The notes under the pieces were generated by a model. The model was not told where the DNA came from and searched no databases. It was given only the letters and a program-made list of their open reading frames with translations. This document shows positions 54,175-64,000 of a stretch of DNA of 64,000 bases, piece by piece (position 1 is the first letter of the stretch; each line of letters starts with the position of its first letter). The translations under genes were made by a program, and so were the position numbers. Origin of the DNA: a virus; IMG/VR virus record IMGVR_UViG_3300022746_000019, positions 1-64,000 of that record; one strand, written 5' to 3'.

Positions 54175-55016
54175 CAGTCCTCCAATCGTGACGCGCCCTT
54201 GGCGGTCCTGACTTTGGCTTCCTCGGTTACCTCTTCGTTAGCAAGAGCCATGTTGCGCACCTGCGACAGGAAACTGGGAAAGCGCTTGATAAACATCTTC
54301 CACAAAAGTTCTGGGTCATCGTAGGTCTCAAGGCTAATCGAGTCAAAGAACCGGCGCATAACCTCAACCTCTACGTCGCCTGTGGTGGCGTGCTGGCGGC
54401 GAACTGTAGCCAACGCCGGAACAAAACGACTTTGGACAACGGAAAACGGGCGGATGTTCCAATGCTCGGCCAATTTGGCGGAAAATTCGTTGGCAACATC
54501 AGAGACTGTCCAACTCTGGAGCGGAATAGACGCTCGGGACTGGTACTTAGCTGCAGATGTGGCTGCCCGCTTCTCGTCGTAGTCCTTCTGCTTCGCAGTT
54601 TCCCACTTAGCCTTTTCGGCTGCCCGCTCGTCTCGATCTAGTGACGAGGTTTTATCAAAAAAATCGTATCCCATTTCAGGTTCTTTTTCTTCCCCCACCG
54701 GCTCCGCCGGTGGATTTATAATAGTCTTATATGAGTAAGGAATAACTTTGTTATTGCTACTCTGCACATTCCGCTGTATCAGAAGACGGGTTTCCAGCCG
54801 CTGGAAACCCGCGCTGGTAATCCCCGATGCCGTCACCCACTTGCCATCAATTTTCTGGCGAGTTCGGTAGATGTAGCCCGCGTTCTGGAGCTCCTTAAGG
54901 CAGGTCCGAATGGCATCCCGGCCCTCTGAAAAATGGGTCGCAAGAGCCTCAGCAGATACCGCCACATCGGTAGTGGCGATCTCAAATAATACCCCGATGG
55001 ACCTAGCGGAAATCAC
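54174..55016 (-). CDS. replication initiator-like HTH protein
   Basis: SARSIG...EGRDAIRTCLKELQNAGYI winged-helix; directly upstream of the loader. Confidence 0.7.
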   Translation of the reverse strand: MISARSIGVLFEIATTDVAVSAEALATHFSEGRDAIRTCLKELQNAGYIYRTRQKIDGKWVTASGITSAGFQRLETRLLIQRNVQSSNNKVIPYSYKTIINPPAEPVGEEKEPEMGYDFFDKTSSLDRDERAAEKAKWETAKQKDYDEKRAATSAAKYQSRASIPLQSWTVSDVANEFSAKLAEHWNIRPFSVVQSRFVPALATVRRQHATTGDVEVEVMRRFFDSISLETYDDPELLWKMFIKRFPSFLSQVRNMALANEEVTEEAKVRTAKGASRLED

Positions 55017-55666
55017 TTCTTCAGACGCTCCACGACAATATCCGCAATCATCTCGGCAAATGCGTACATTCCGCTATAAATAGCTTCCGATATGTCCACC
55101 CCAGGGGTGTCCTCGTCATCGATGTAGTCCTCGTCATCTGAGGAGTCGTCCAAAACCTCGTCAGAAGGGGTCTCAGGGGCTATTTCAGGGACGGTCTCCT
55201 CTTCCGGTATAGCAGGCCGCTCCTGGGGCTCCAGAGACGGCGCAGGCTCAATATCTGCCAATCCGTTTCTTAGGTCCATAGCCCGAACACCGTACTTTTT
55301 GCAGTAGGAGAGGCACTCCGCCGATTCTGGGTCATCGTCAGACCAGAGGATAAATGCCCAGCCGTTATCACCGAAGGACTCTGCCATCTGGCAGGCCTCG
55401 TCAAACGGATTATTCGTGGTTACTCGGGTGCCCTGTGGGAGGCCATCGAAAGCCCCATGTTCAGGGCTCATAATCACGATATCAAGGCCTTTTGAGGCGG
55501 CAAGTTGGGCGGCCCAAATCTGACCGGCCGAGGGCCGCATTACAAACGCGATGACCAAAACGCCATCTTTTCCGTTTGCGTAGTACTGGTCTTCAATCAG
55601 GGCGTCAACATTTGCCCTGCTCGTCTCACCACTACCCGCAACCAGCATTACATACTGATATTTCAT
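55013..55666 (-). CDS. hypothetical protein with acidic tail
   Basis: AAGGAG RBS; Rossmann-like N-terminus. Confidence 0.7.
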   Translation of the reverse strand: MKYQYVMLVAGSGETSRANVDALIEDQYYANGKDGVLVIAFVMRPSAGQIWAAQLAASKGLDIVIMSPEHGAFDGLPQGTRVTTNNPFDEACQMAESFGDNGWAFILWSDDDPESAECLSYCKKYGVRAMDLRNGLADIEPAPSLEPQERPAIPEEETVPEIAPETPSDEVLDDSSDDEDYIDDEDTPGVDISEAIYSGMYAFAEMIADIVVERLKK

Positions 55667-55696
55667 AGTTCTCCTTATGGACGGAGAACCAACCTA

Positions 55697-55963
55697 TCAC
55701 AGGTTCGGACGTTGTCCAACCGGACGCGAAATGGCGAGGGGGATTGCCGTCACTCGAGTGGCTACCGCCACTAGGAGCGGACCCATGAACGCGGATGCAA
55801 CTGCCGTCACCACAGCCGTGTGTGGTTCGGAAATAATTGCTGAAGCGCCGGTAGCGGAAGCAAGCAATGAGATTAAGGCTTTGAACTTTCCGAGGGGCGC
55901 AATTTGTTCCAAAACAGCCAGCAAAAACGCGACAGCACAACTAATTAGAACAAGGTTTTCCAT
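55697..55963 (-). CDS. small membrane protein
   Basis: three hydrophobic segments. Confidence 0.6.
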   Translation of the reverse strand: MENLVLISCAVAFLLAVLEQIAPLGKFKALISLLASATGASAIISEPHTAVVTAVASAFMGPLLVAVATRVTAIPLAISRPVGQRPNL

Positions 55964-55972
55964 GCACGAATC

Positions 55973-58225
55973 CTACGGCTGGGCGTAGTAAAGAGCAAAC
56001 GACGATCCAACTGGGACATAGTCAACTATTGTCTTTTGCAAGCGATTGTTCACAGATGTGAAGTTTCGGTAGAAATGGCTTCTGGACGCGTTAGCCGTTC
56101 CTTCCCACATGAGCCAGGACGCGTCTTCCACGCCAGTGCTTCCATCAAAGAACGCCGTGAGACCGGCTACCTTTTCAAACAAAGCCTCGTCCACCAGCAG
56201 GGCGGCACCAGTCGAACTTGGTGTCCAAGTCAAAGTCACTTTTGCTGATGCAGCGTTTTCAGGAGCAACCGCAATAACAAACGGCCGGACCCACACAGGA
56301 AGGCTAGTAGTGTAGGAGAGCGACGACCACGCGGTAGACCCGTTACCAATCTTGAACAAACCGGTATCGGTTTCAAGACCAATCTCACCAAGGGCAAGGA
56401 CAGTGGCACCAGACCAGTCGGCGGCTAGTTTTCGAGTGATTATTACATCTTCACTCGCGTACGGAAGACTGTTCCAGTAAGTTACGCCGTCACCAATTTT
56501 CCACTGTAGTGTGTCGGATTCCACTCCAACGCATCCGTTGTTAAGGAGCGTGTTTTCCTCAGCAAACACCGATGCAGTGTCCCTGCGGTAATTAAGCGCA
56601 GAACTAGTATTGTTTGAAATTAGAGACGCAGAACCGTCGTACCAGTCAATAGTTACAGACACATCATCAGAGGTGCTTGGGTCTACCGCGTACTCCGCAA
56701 CACTTGCGTTAATGCTGAACGTGTAATACTCACTTGGAGTAACGGAAGCTACAGACGCTTTAGCAGTTACATTGGATGCAGATGCTGGGTAAAGCTCCAG
56801 CGCACTTCCAATCATGCCTGCGTGGGCGTTAGTTCCAGAACTGCTTGTGATACCCGTGCTACCGCCGGTATTCGTAAGAGTCCAGCCCGCGTAATCAGTG
56901 GTGAAGTTTGGGTTAGTTAGTTCGTTAATGCGGGTTGCAGTCAACACCACATTAATTCGTCGAGCTTCTTCAAACGCCGTTACAGAAGACGATTCTTCAA
57001 ACTGAGCGGCGTCAAAGTATTGGTCTCCCGTGTACGAGGTTATTACTACTTTAGGCCTTGCAAAAGCCGCGTTAGACGGAGCAGTTCCCGTCACATGAAC
57101 CCGCGTAAACCCAGATGCACCGTAAGTCACTGACGCGGTAGATGTAGAAATTGATACACCAGCACGAGTAAACCATTCAATACCGATAGTAGCGTTCGAT
57201 GTGCCAGAGGAACTTCTTGCGTAAATGCTGAAAGAATAATCAACAGACGCGGTAGGAAGCGGAATCATGTCCTTGATTGATGAGCTTCCGCAAACCATAG
57301 TTATCGAACCAGCACCCGCCGGAGTTACTGTAAGAACTCCGTTCTGGCGGTTAGGGTACCCAGAAGGAGATTCTGGGGAAACCGCAAACGGGGTGACATG
57401 AGTATTTGACTCCCCAGCTGCATTTGTGAAAGCCCAAAGACCGGGGTGACCTGTTACGGGAGTTTTTTCAAAAGATGATGCGTTGTAGTCAAGGAAAAGA
57501 TTTTTTCCAATAGACACCGATGCGTCGTACCCACTGAATGCTTTGAGAAAAAGCAACAAACCTTCAAGTGATCCGCGACTCTGATTTAGCCGAACAGCAT
57601 TTGCAGCCATCACTCGCATACGCTGGTAGCCAAGCGCCGGCTCGTAGGTAAGACCCATCTGGTTAACCAAAGGCTTCAATAGTGCTGCAGGGGCGGTGCT
57701 TGGGTGGATAGCGCCTCTAATGAGGTATGCCTGAGTCTTAATTCGGTCGTACTCAAATGCCACGAGCCGCATAAACGTGTTCAAGTCTTCGTTGCTTCGA
57801 CCAGTGTCTACAACCGTTCGGTTGACCGTCTTAACTGCGGCAGGCAAGTGGTCCATCATGATGTCGTAAGAACCGAAGTCTTTAACAGACAGTCCAATTG
57901 CGCTTGCCAGCTTTACCCAAGTGCCGAGGGATCGAGCAAAGATTGTGTAGTAGACTTCCGAGCCCTGTGCCAAATTGGAATCGGGGCGAGGCATTGGTTC
58001 GGCCAAGGGGCTTTCGTGGATAACTTCACCGTCGTCAGGGTCAACCGGGTATCCGTAAGTATTCCGTACGACAATGAACCTATCAAACGACAGGTTTGGG
58101 TATGACCACGACAGCGTGATTTCTCCGTACCCCGTTGAAGTAGCAGAAAGATAGGTCGCACCACCCGCGGCAGAAGTGTCGCCATAAGTGATTGACCCGT
58201 ATTTTCCTAGACCGTAATAAGTCAT
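55973..58225 (-). CDS. baseplate wedge/tail protein (P2 gpI-like plus carbohydrate-binding-like and Mtd-N-like repeats)
   Basis: RGSLEGL...FSGY; NPNF/DAAQFE beta-sandwich motifs; two E[ST]DT..KIG.G..W.SL.Y repeats. Confidence 0.75.
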   Translation of the reverse strand: MTYYGLGKYGSITYGDTSAAGGATYLSATSTGYGEITLSWSYPNLSFDRFIVVRNTYGYPVDPDDGEVIHESPLAEPMPRPDSNLAQGSEVYYTIFARSLGTWVKLASAIGLSVKDFGSYDIMMDHLPAAVKTVNRTVVDTGRSNEDLNTFMRLVAFEYDRIKTQAYLIRGAIHPSTAPAALLKPLVNQMGLTYEPALGYQRMRVMAANAVRLNQSRGSLEGLLLFLKAFSGYDASVSIGKNLFLDYNASSFEKTPVTGHPGLWAFTNAAGESNTHVTPFAVSPESPSGYPNRQNGVLTVTPAGAGSITMVCGSSSIKDMIPLPTASVDYSFSIYARSSSGTSNATIGIEWFTRAGVSISTSTASVTYGASGFTRVHVTGTAPSNAAFARPKVVITSYTGDQYFDAAQFEESSSVTAFEEARRINVVLTATRINELTNPNFTTDYAGWTLTNTGGSTGITSSSGTNAHAGMIGSALELYPASASNVTAKASVASVTPSEYYTFSINASVAEYAVDPSTSDDVSVTIDWYDGSASLISNNTSSALNYRRDTASVFAEENTLLNNGCVGVESDTLQWKIGDGVTYWNSLPYASEDVIITRKLAADWSGATVLALGEIGLETDTGLFKIGNGSTAWSSLSYTTSLPVWVRPFVIAVAPENAASAKVTLTWTPSSTGAALLVDEALFEKVAGLTAFFDGSTGVEDASWLMWEGTANASRSHFYRNFTSVNNRLQKTIVDYVPVGSSFALYYAQP

Positions 58226-58231
58226 TTCAGG

Positions 58232-58615
58232 TTACAGCCCCGCGAACAACATCGCAGTAACTAGAGAAGCCGTAGTTGCCCCAGCAGCGACCGCTGCCGA
58301 AGAATCCACATACGACTTAGTGGCTGCGTCAGAGGAATCAGTTGGAGTTCCTAATCCAGTAACTTTATTACCAGACATAGCGAGATTACCGGTTACGGTT
58401 CCGCCCGCGGCAGGTAGTGCAGCATTAGCAGTTGTTTCAACGGCTTCAATTCGGGATTTAACGGTAGCAGACGCTCCGGCAGGCAATACGCCAAGCACGG
58501 TTTCAATAGCCACAACTTCATTCTGAATGTCGTTTGGGTGCGCCGCTACGACGCTTTCGGTGTAGTCAACGTGGGTAACGAAAGACTTAATACTTCCTGG
58601 GTATGACGCGGCCAT
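58232..58615 (-). CDS. minor tail/fiber protein
   Basis: NDIQNEVVAIETVLG, GGTVTGNL, PT..DAATKSYVD. Confidence 0.7.
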   Translation of the reverse strand: MAASYPGSIKSFVTHVDYTESVVAAHPNDIQNEVVAIETVLGVLPAGASATVKSRIEAVETTANAALPAAGGTVTGNLAMSGNKVTGLGTPTDSSDAATKSYVDSSAAVAAGATTASLVTAMLFAGL

Positions 58616-58624
58616 TTGGACTCC

Positions 58625-60103
58625 TTAGACGATTCCGCCGTTAGCGTGGACAGTAATGGTGTTGAGGTAAGGAATTTCTCCAATAGCGCATTGGATGTCC
58701 CCAATTCCAGCGGGGCTACCGTGAACATATAAATTTTGGATTGACGAGTACAAGACGCCATTGGTCAAACCAATTGCAAGCGCCAAGTCCTGCTGGCTTA
58801 CCATTTGCCCAAAACTAACATTGTCGTAAGCCAACAAATCCTTAATGGAGTTTTCCGTGGCGGTCTTCACAGTAGATTGTGAATAAGTTCCATTTACTTG
58901 GATAGTTACTTCAATGTCGACTGGGACCATCGTTGGAGGAAGCACGGTGACGCTTGCTCCCGGAGCAACCTTGTTAGCCAAGTAATTTTCTACATCAGTC
59001 TGGTAGGTGTCCCAAATGGAAAGCGGAGAACCTGCGCCGTCTAGGCCAGAACTTCCGGCAAGGCTCATGTACAAAATAATGTTTGAGTAGACCGACGCGT
59101 CCGCGCTGGTCTTGCCCACGCCGACCACCTGCGAGGCGAGGCCTGCGTAATCTTCCGCCGTAACGGCGCGATTGATGGCTCGCATACTGCGGGGAGTGTT
59201 GATACGCACAGAGGTAGTCGACTCAGGGTCAGTTCCGCCAGCGGCTGCCGATGCGTTCGTGACAGTAAGACCCGAAGCGTCAGATCCATCAGGCTTGGTG
59301 TAAGTGGAAGTGATGTAGTTAATCGAGTTAGCGGCCACATTTCCAGCTGCGCCGTTGACTACTCGGTAAGTGGTAGAAACAATTGAGCCCTTGGGAGGGA
59401 TACGACCGCCGATGTTGTCGCCAAACGCCACATAGGTGTTTCCGTCGGAGTCAACAAAACTTGTGTAAACAGCGGCGGAGCCGTCTGAGTCAATAAGGTT
59501 TTCTACACGCAGGTACGGCACATCATCGACATACACTCCCATCGTGTACAACTCGATTTTCTTTTCGGCAAGTTTGAACACCTGGTTTGGGAGTCCATTG
59601 AACGAGTAACTCAGTTCCTCATACGAAACCGTACGTCCCTCACGGGCAGAGATAACGGCCGTGCCGCCGGCTGCCACATCTACATATGAGGTGTTCATGG
59701 TTTCAAACTCAAGCTGGGTGGCTGCCGAGTCCGATGCGGTCGAGGTGGACACCGTCAAACCGGGCATAATTCGGATGGTATCCGTGGCGTGGTTATTCTT
59801 AAAGGTCAAGTCAGCGGATGCCGAGATGCCCATGTTCGGCGTGTAGCCAAACATATTTGCCAGTGAAATAATGGAGGAACGCTGGGTAGCGGTGCTCAAG
59901 AAAGATTCGTTAGCAGCACGATCGATGTAGAACGACATGATGTCGCCCATGTAAGCAAACAGCTCCAGCAATACAATGCCAAGGTCGTTGGGGTCCCGGC
60001 TGGTCCACTGCGGGGCAAACCGCTGGATGTTGCTGAGTAGGTCGGCGCGGATAGCGTAATAATCCCTAGATGTGTAGTCAATCTGGGGGGCGTATTCAGC
60101 CAT
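58625..60103 (-). CDS. baseplate J-like wedge protein
   Basis: DYTSRDY, DLGIVLLE, FGD...GRIP, GG.DPES, RAVTAEDY. Confidence 0.9.
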   Translation of the reverse strand: MAEYAPQIDYTSRDYYAIRADLLSNIQRFAPQWTSRDPNDLGIVLLELFAYMGDIMSFYIDRAANESFLSTATQRSSIISLANMFGYTPNMGISASADLTFKNNHATDTIRIMPGLTVSTSTASDSAATQLEFETMNTSYVDVAAGGTAVISAREGRTVSYEELSYSFNGLPNQVFKLAEKKIELYTMGVYVDDVPYLRVENLIDSDGSAAVYTSFVDSDGNTYVAFGDNIGGRIPPKGSIVSTTYRVVNGAAGNVAANSINYITSTYTKPDGSDASGLTVTNASAAAGGTDPESTTSVRINTPRSMRAINRAVTAEDYAGLASQVVGVGKTSADASVYSNIILYMSLAGSSGLDGAGSPLSIWDTYQTDVENYLANKVAPGASVTVLPPTMVPVDIEVTIQVNGTYSQSTVKTATENSIKDLLAYDNVSFGQMVSQQDLALAIGLTNGVLYSSIQNLYVHGSPAGIGDIQCAIGEIPYLNTITVHANGGIV

Positions 60104-60516
60104 TACCTAATCACCTCGATTTTTTCCCCGTAACGGTCAAAGGCAGCGGTCTTGAACGAAAACTCGTCTGGGGTGCCGTCCGGAAGGATATAGTTTATCG
60201 TAATATTGAGAATACCTTCGGTTGTATCGAAGTCTGTATCTACGCTTGACAAAGAGAGTTTCGGAAGCCACCGGTAAAACGCACCAGCAATGGTTTCTCG
60301 GGCCACTTGTGCAGCCGAGTCCCCTGAGTCCAGTACTGACCGTGCCAGAAGCGTTCCGTATTCAGGACGCATAAGCCGTTCGTTTACTCCCGTGAGAACG
60401 GCGATGTATACCCGATCCCTCCAGATGTATCGCGGGTCTGAGGTTGAGTTAAGGCCACCTGGGACACCTGATTCAACGCCAAACCTAAAGGGAAGCGAGA
60501 TGGCTATTTCGCTCAT
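60103..60516 (-). CDS. gp25/GPW-like baseplate protein
   Basis: ISLPF...LTGVNERLMRPEYG. Confidence 0.85.
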   Translation of the reverse strand: MSEIAISLPFRFGVESGVPGGLNSTSDPRYIWRDRVYIAVLTGVNERLMRPEYGTLLARSVLDSGDSAAQVARETIAGAFYRWLPKLSLSSVDTDFDTTEGILNITINYILPDGTPDEFSFKTAAFDRYGEKIEVIR

Positions 60517-60854
60517 AGACTAACTCCTATCCATACAGGAAAATTCGGGTCCCCACCAATGAACATAACCCAGACCTGCTGGTTAATGTCGGGGGTCTTT
60601 TTGTGGTCGGTGTGGGAGAAGTCAACCCCCACCGTGTGAGTGTGGCTGGGAGCCCCATTAGCGGAGCTGGTGATTGTTGCGCTGTGGTGAGAGTGCTGAC
60701 CCGTAGCGGTCACAGGCAGGCAAGCATCCGCCCAGTTAGTCATAGCCGCGCCCAGAACTTGCGGGACTCGCAGACGGATGCGGGACCGGCCGTGGGGGTC
60801 AGCGTTATCAACACAAACACCGGCGTAAAGCCCGTAAAACTTATTGTCTGTCAT
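60513..60854 (-). CDS. baseplate spike OB-fold (gp5/gpV-like)
   Basis: VDNADP.GR.RIRLRVP, P...QVWVMFIGGDPNFPVWIG. Confidence 0.85.
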   Translation of the reverse strand: MTDNKFYGLYAGVCVDNADPHGRSRIRLRVPQVLGAAMTNWADACLPVTATGQHSHHSATITSSANGAPSHTHTVGVDFSHTDHKKTPDINQQVWVMFIGGDPNFPVWIGVSL

Positions 60855-62101
60855 CTGCTAATAACCTGACTTGCCTTTGCAGTTGCGAGGTAATCGTTTC
60901 TCAAATCCGCAGCGGAACCCTGCCACATTGCGCTAACAGAAGATGCGGCAGCGTCGGACAGACGGTTCGCAACTTTGGAAAACTTAAGCGTCTTTGCTGG
61001 CAGAACCGGGGCGTGGGAAACTTTCAATGTCGGCGGCGGAACCACAACCTTAGACGCGGGACCGGGCGGGGTCTTCTTCAAGGTTGATCCCAAGGAATCT
61101 AGGCCAATCACAACTTCAGTTGTGTACATCCCGTCTTCCACGATGTGATTCGCCTCAAGGACAATCCAGTACCCGTCCAAATCCGAATTAACCCCAGAAA
61201 TGATGATTGGCATATCAGGCCGCAAAGTCGGGGTGCCAACAAGGACAGCAAACGCTCGGTAGGGGAACCTGTTAAGTTCCTGAGCCGCCTGCACTTCGTA
61301 TTTGGCGGCGGTTACGGTAGTTGCAGAGGTGGTGACATCAAATCTATCGAACAAATCTGGGTTTACGCGAGCTCGGAGGCTATCGGCCTGTGAGTCGTTG
61401 ATAACCGAAAATCGGGTGTTAGATTTAGGGTCGTAGCCCGTAACCGCCACAGCGCCTTTCATGGCGTCGCCGTAATCGACTGACTCACCAACAATTGGCT
61501 TAATAGAGTACAGCGACGGTGGGATGGGGTTACCGGGCTTAACTGCGATGAACGATGGAGCCTCATCAAGCATCTTCAAGTAGTCCTCGGTAAGGGGCTT
61601 GAAGAACAGAGAAGTGCCTTCGGAACGTAGCGTATAGCCGACCTTCTTTGCGAGGTCAGCCATAAGTTGCCACTGCGTGTAGCCAGGGCTAGCAATTTGG
61701 GGGAACATACGGTCGTGTGGAGCGACATCGTATGAGAACCGATTATTGACAGCAATCTGGGACACGACATTGGATGCCGTGGTGTTGGAGTAGACCTTTT
61801 GCACCGGCTGCTTCATTACATACGAAGCGCCAATTACATACACATCAACATAACTCGAGTCTGATGTTCGGGTGTGCACCACATGGTGGATATATCCGTA
61901 GTGGGTCTTAGACACATCACCATATTTTACGATGATGCGAACAGGCGACCCAGACGACAGCACTACAGGGTCTGGGTTCCAGTCAGCAAATCTAATCTTT
62001 CCCATGTCATGCTCATAGCGTCGCTGATCCCAATTAAACTGACTGATCTTGTACGGAGAGTCAGCGGTAAGTGGGAAGTAGACTTCTACAAACTTAAGCA
62101 C
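60851..62101 (-). CDS. baseplate hub (gpD/gp27-like)
   Basis: WQLMADLAKKVGY, GTPTLRP...DGYWIV...H; synteny. Confidence 0.75.
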   Translation of the reverse strand: MLKFVEVYFPLTADSPYKISQFNWDQRRYEHDMGKIRFADWNPDPVVLSSGSPVRIIVKYGDVSKTHYGYIHHVVHTRTSDSSYVDVYVIGASYVMKQPVQKVYSNTTASNVVSQIAVNNRFSYDVAPHDRMFPQIASPGYTQWQLMADLAKKVGYTLRSEGTSLFFKPLTEDYLKMLDEAPSFIAVKPGNPIPPSLYSIKPIVGESVDYGDAMKGAVAVTGYDPKSNTRFSVINDSQADSLRARVNPDLFDRFDVTTSATTVTAAKYEVQAAQELNRFPYRAFAVLVGTPTLRPDMPIIISGVNSDLDGYWIVLEANHIVEDGMYTTEVVIGLDSLGSTLKKTPPGPASKVVVPPPTLKVSHAPVLPAKTLKFSKVANRLSDAAASSVSAMWQGSAADLRNDYLATAKASQVISR

Positions 62102-62375
62102 GAGGAATCCTCAGCACCTTCCCGTTTGGGATGTTCTGGAAGTCATCAATTTCGGGGTTATGCTCGGCGATAACCCACCACAAGTCTGGTGTGCCGTAGG
62201 TATCCGTAGACAGAAGGTCAAGCCGGTCACCAGTTTTCCATGTGTATTCTGTGTAAGTAACCGTACCCAAGGAGTCCATGTAATAGAACAGGACCGGGTG
62301 CTTGTCGCCTACATAGCCAAGCGGTAGATAATCTACTACCGCGTACTCGTAACGAGAACCTCTTTGAACGCTCAT
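62094..62375 (-). CDS. LysM/gpX-like tail protein
   Basis: GDRLDLLS..YGTPDLWWVIAEHNP...LRIP. Confidence 0.85.
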   Translation of the reverse strand: MSVQRGSRYEYAVVDYLPLGYVGDKHPVLFYYMDSLGTVTYTEYTWKTGDRLDLLSTDTYGTPDLWWVIAEHNPEIDDFQNIPNGKVLRIPRA

Positions 62376-63766
62376 CCTCGTGGATCAACTCCGCCCCAAC
62401 TCGGGTTTTCAGGCAAAGGCTTGTACTTAGGAACCATCGTGGGATGGCGGGAGTCGGCGTTACCAGTGATAGTAAATTGCGTCGGGCTGGACCTAGCAAC
62501 GACTCCATTGCTTGGGTCACTGGTCCTAGCGCTTGCAGTAGCGTTGCCAGAAATACCCAACATATCGCTACCATTCGCCATGATGTTTGCCGTGATTGTT
62601 ACATCGGTACGAATTGGGATGTAATCTTCAGTAAACGCAGTGTGGTTGACATTAACACCAGTCACGTAGCCCAAGTAGTACACAGGGCCCACTTCAATGC
62701 AGACAATAAAGAAGCCGATAAATCCGACATCAGCCGTGACGAATCCGTCGCCAAGTGACTTGTTAACAATGTGAATGTCAGTGAACACGCGGTACAAGTA
62801 TTCCAAGTCCGCCAAGGTTCCAAACTTCATAAGCCAGTCAAGCTTAGAGATTGCACGGTTGTTAATGCGGTCGTACGCACGGTCATACTCGCCGTAAATA
62901 ATCTCTGGGTAATACTCAGAAATCAAAGCTTCTTTGGCCGCGTCCGTAAGGTCGCTTGTTCCATTTTTGTAGTACCTACGGAAGCAGGCAAAGTCATTAG
63001 TCCTATCGAGCCGCACGGTGAAACTAACAGTCTCAACGCCAGGGAACATACCGGCACCGCTAACCCAAATGTCGTCCTTGCTGGGCGTTACATCTGGCTG
63101 CAGCGTGGTGTTGGTCGAGTACCCTTCTGGATTCCACATGAACTGGAATCCATACTTTCGGGCGTCACCTGTCGTGTATGAGCCAGTCTGGGGCTTGGCT
63201 GCTCCGGGATTCTCAGGGTCCTCAGCAATTGTGACAGGGGCCTGGTCCTGCGGGTTAAACGTGTAGTAAAAAATCTTTCCGCGCCGTTCGGCGCTGATTT
63301 TTTTACCACCGTAAACTTCTTGATTTACAAAAGGCATGCTCCACTTATGCGGAGGCAAATTCCACTTGCAGTTTTGCTTCATCACATACCGGCTTACACC
63401 AGCTGAAGCGGCTGTAGCCGCAGCCTTCTTGTTCTTCTTGCTCTTACGGATTGAATCTTCCGTATTACTGAACTTAGGGTCTAACTGTTGGAAACTTTGC
63501 CCAGAATATTGAGTACTATCGAGCGAAGAAACGGTCGCTTGTTCAACAGATCCCGCAGGCATTCCAGCAGGGTTTACTGTTTTCAGTCCGTTATGGCGTG
63601 CGTACCAAAGCAATACATCGTAAAAAGTTAGAAGGCTTCCCTTTTTTCGGTTTTGGTTGTAAATCTGCTTTGCCTCAGACCACTGCCACTCTTGGTAGGT
63701 ATAGGTAACCGAGTTTCCAAGATACGTTCCAGAACCGGGGGTGGAGAAGGTTACGGTATGGCTCAC
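62372..63766 (-). CDS. tail tube initiator-like protein
   Basis: FQFMWNPE, GTLADLEYLYR, VNHTAFTEDYIPIR; synteny. Confidence 0.6.
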   Translation of the reverse strand: MSHTVTFSTPGSGTYLGNSVTYTYQEWQWSEAKQIYNQNRKKGSLLTFYDVLLWYARHNGLKTVNPAGMPAGSVEQATVSSLDSTQYSGQSFQQLDPKFSNTEDSIRKSKKNKKAAATAASAGVSRYVMKQNCKWNLPPHKWSMPFVNQEVYGGKKISAERRGKIFYYTFNPQDQAPVTIAEDPENPGAAKPQTGSYTTGDARKYGFQFMWNPEGYSTNTTLQPDVTPSKDDIWVSGAGMFPGVETVSFTVRLDRTNDFACFRRYYKNGTSDLTDAAKEALISEYYPEIIYGEYDRAYDRINNRAISKLDWLMKFGTLADLEYLYRVFTDIHIVNKSLGDGFVTADVGFIGFFIVCIEVGPVYYLGYVTGVNVNHTAFTEDYIPIRTDVTITANIMANGSDMLGISGNATASARTSDPSNGVVARSSPTQFTITGNADSRHPTMVPKYKPLPENPSWGGVDPRG

Positions 63767-64000
63767 TTGGTCTTAGCCTTTCGCTCAATCGTGGCCGCAT
63801 CCAGCATCCGCTTCAACTCACGAACCATCTTTTCTTCAGAGAATGTTGCAGGCACATTGATTTCAATCTTCACGCCACCGTAATTCACATTTTGGCTTGT
63901 CACAGGTGAATGTCCACTGGGTAGTTTACCCGAACCGTCTGCAGCGTACTTTGCTGGCATTGGCATACGCATAGATTCTGGAAGCTTGTGGTTAGGTACC
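63763..64000 (-). CDS. C-terminus of probable tape-measure protein (partial, runs off the window)
   Basis: NVNYGGVKIEINV...MVRELKRML tail, upstream of tube-initiator/LysM/hub. Confidence 0.5.
   Translation of the reverse strand, partial: VPNHKLPESMRMPMPAKYAADGSGKLPSGHSPVTSQNVNYGGVKIEINVPATFSEEKMVRELKRMLDAATIERKAKTK

Noticed and set aside
1-64000. tRNA/tmRNA genes, introns, inteins or stop-codon recoding
   Set aside because: No cloverleaf noticed in the gaps inspected; core genes (terL, nrdJ, polA, recA, dnaB) are intact and of normal length in code 11. tRNAscan-SE or ARAGORN would be needed to exclude tRNAs fully.

Overview
A 64-kb segment of a contractile-tailed (myovirus-type) dsDNA phage that most likely infects Actinobacteria (WhiB, DUF732-like lipoprotein, PASTA protein, Gram-positive LexA box). 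Layout from left to right: (1) terminase, lysis-type genes and a block of small, probably virion-packaged effector genes (ADP-ribosyltransferase-like, zincin, glycine-zipper) on the minus strand, 0.2-14 kb; (2) a plus-strand early/accessory region, 14-24.8 kb; (3) minus-strand nucleotide metabolism, recombination and replication genes (class II RNR, nucleotidyltransferase, RuvC, Cas4-like, RecA, Pol I, SSB, SNF2, primase, C5-MTase, DnaB, DnaC, initiator), 24.8-55 kb; (4) baseplate and tail genes, 56-64 kb. The most striking structure is the 14-22.3 kb region, an array of about 10 gene cassettes. Nine are preceded by the same non-coding module: GTTTGTGTT, then a hairpin with a CCC-N-CCC-N-CCC loop (covarying stem in six copies), GAGAGAG, GTTAY-N6-GTWAY boxes, a promoter, a 5' hairpin and an RBS. 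Three cassette tails also carry paired hairpins whose C-rich loops are complementary to the cassettes' own RBS. All functional calls come from motif recognition by eye; no database searches were run. No tRNA, rRNA, CRISPR array or integrase was recognised.
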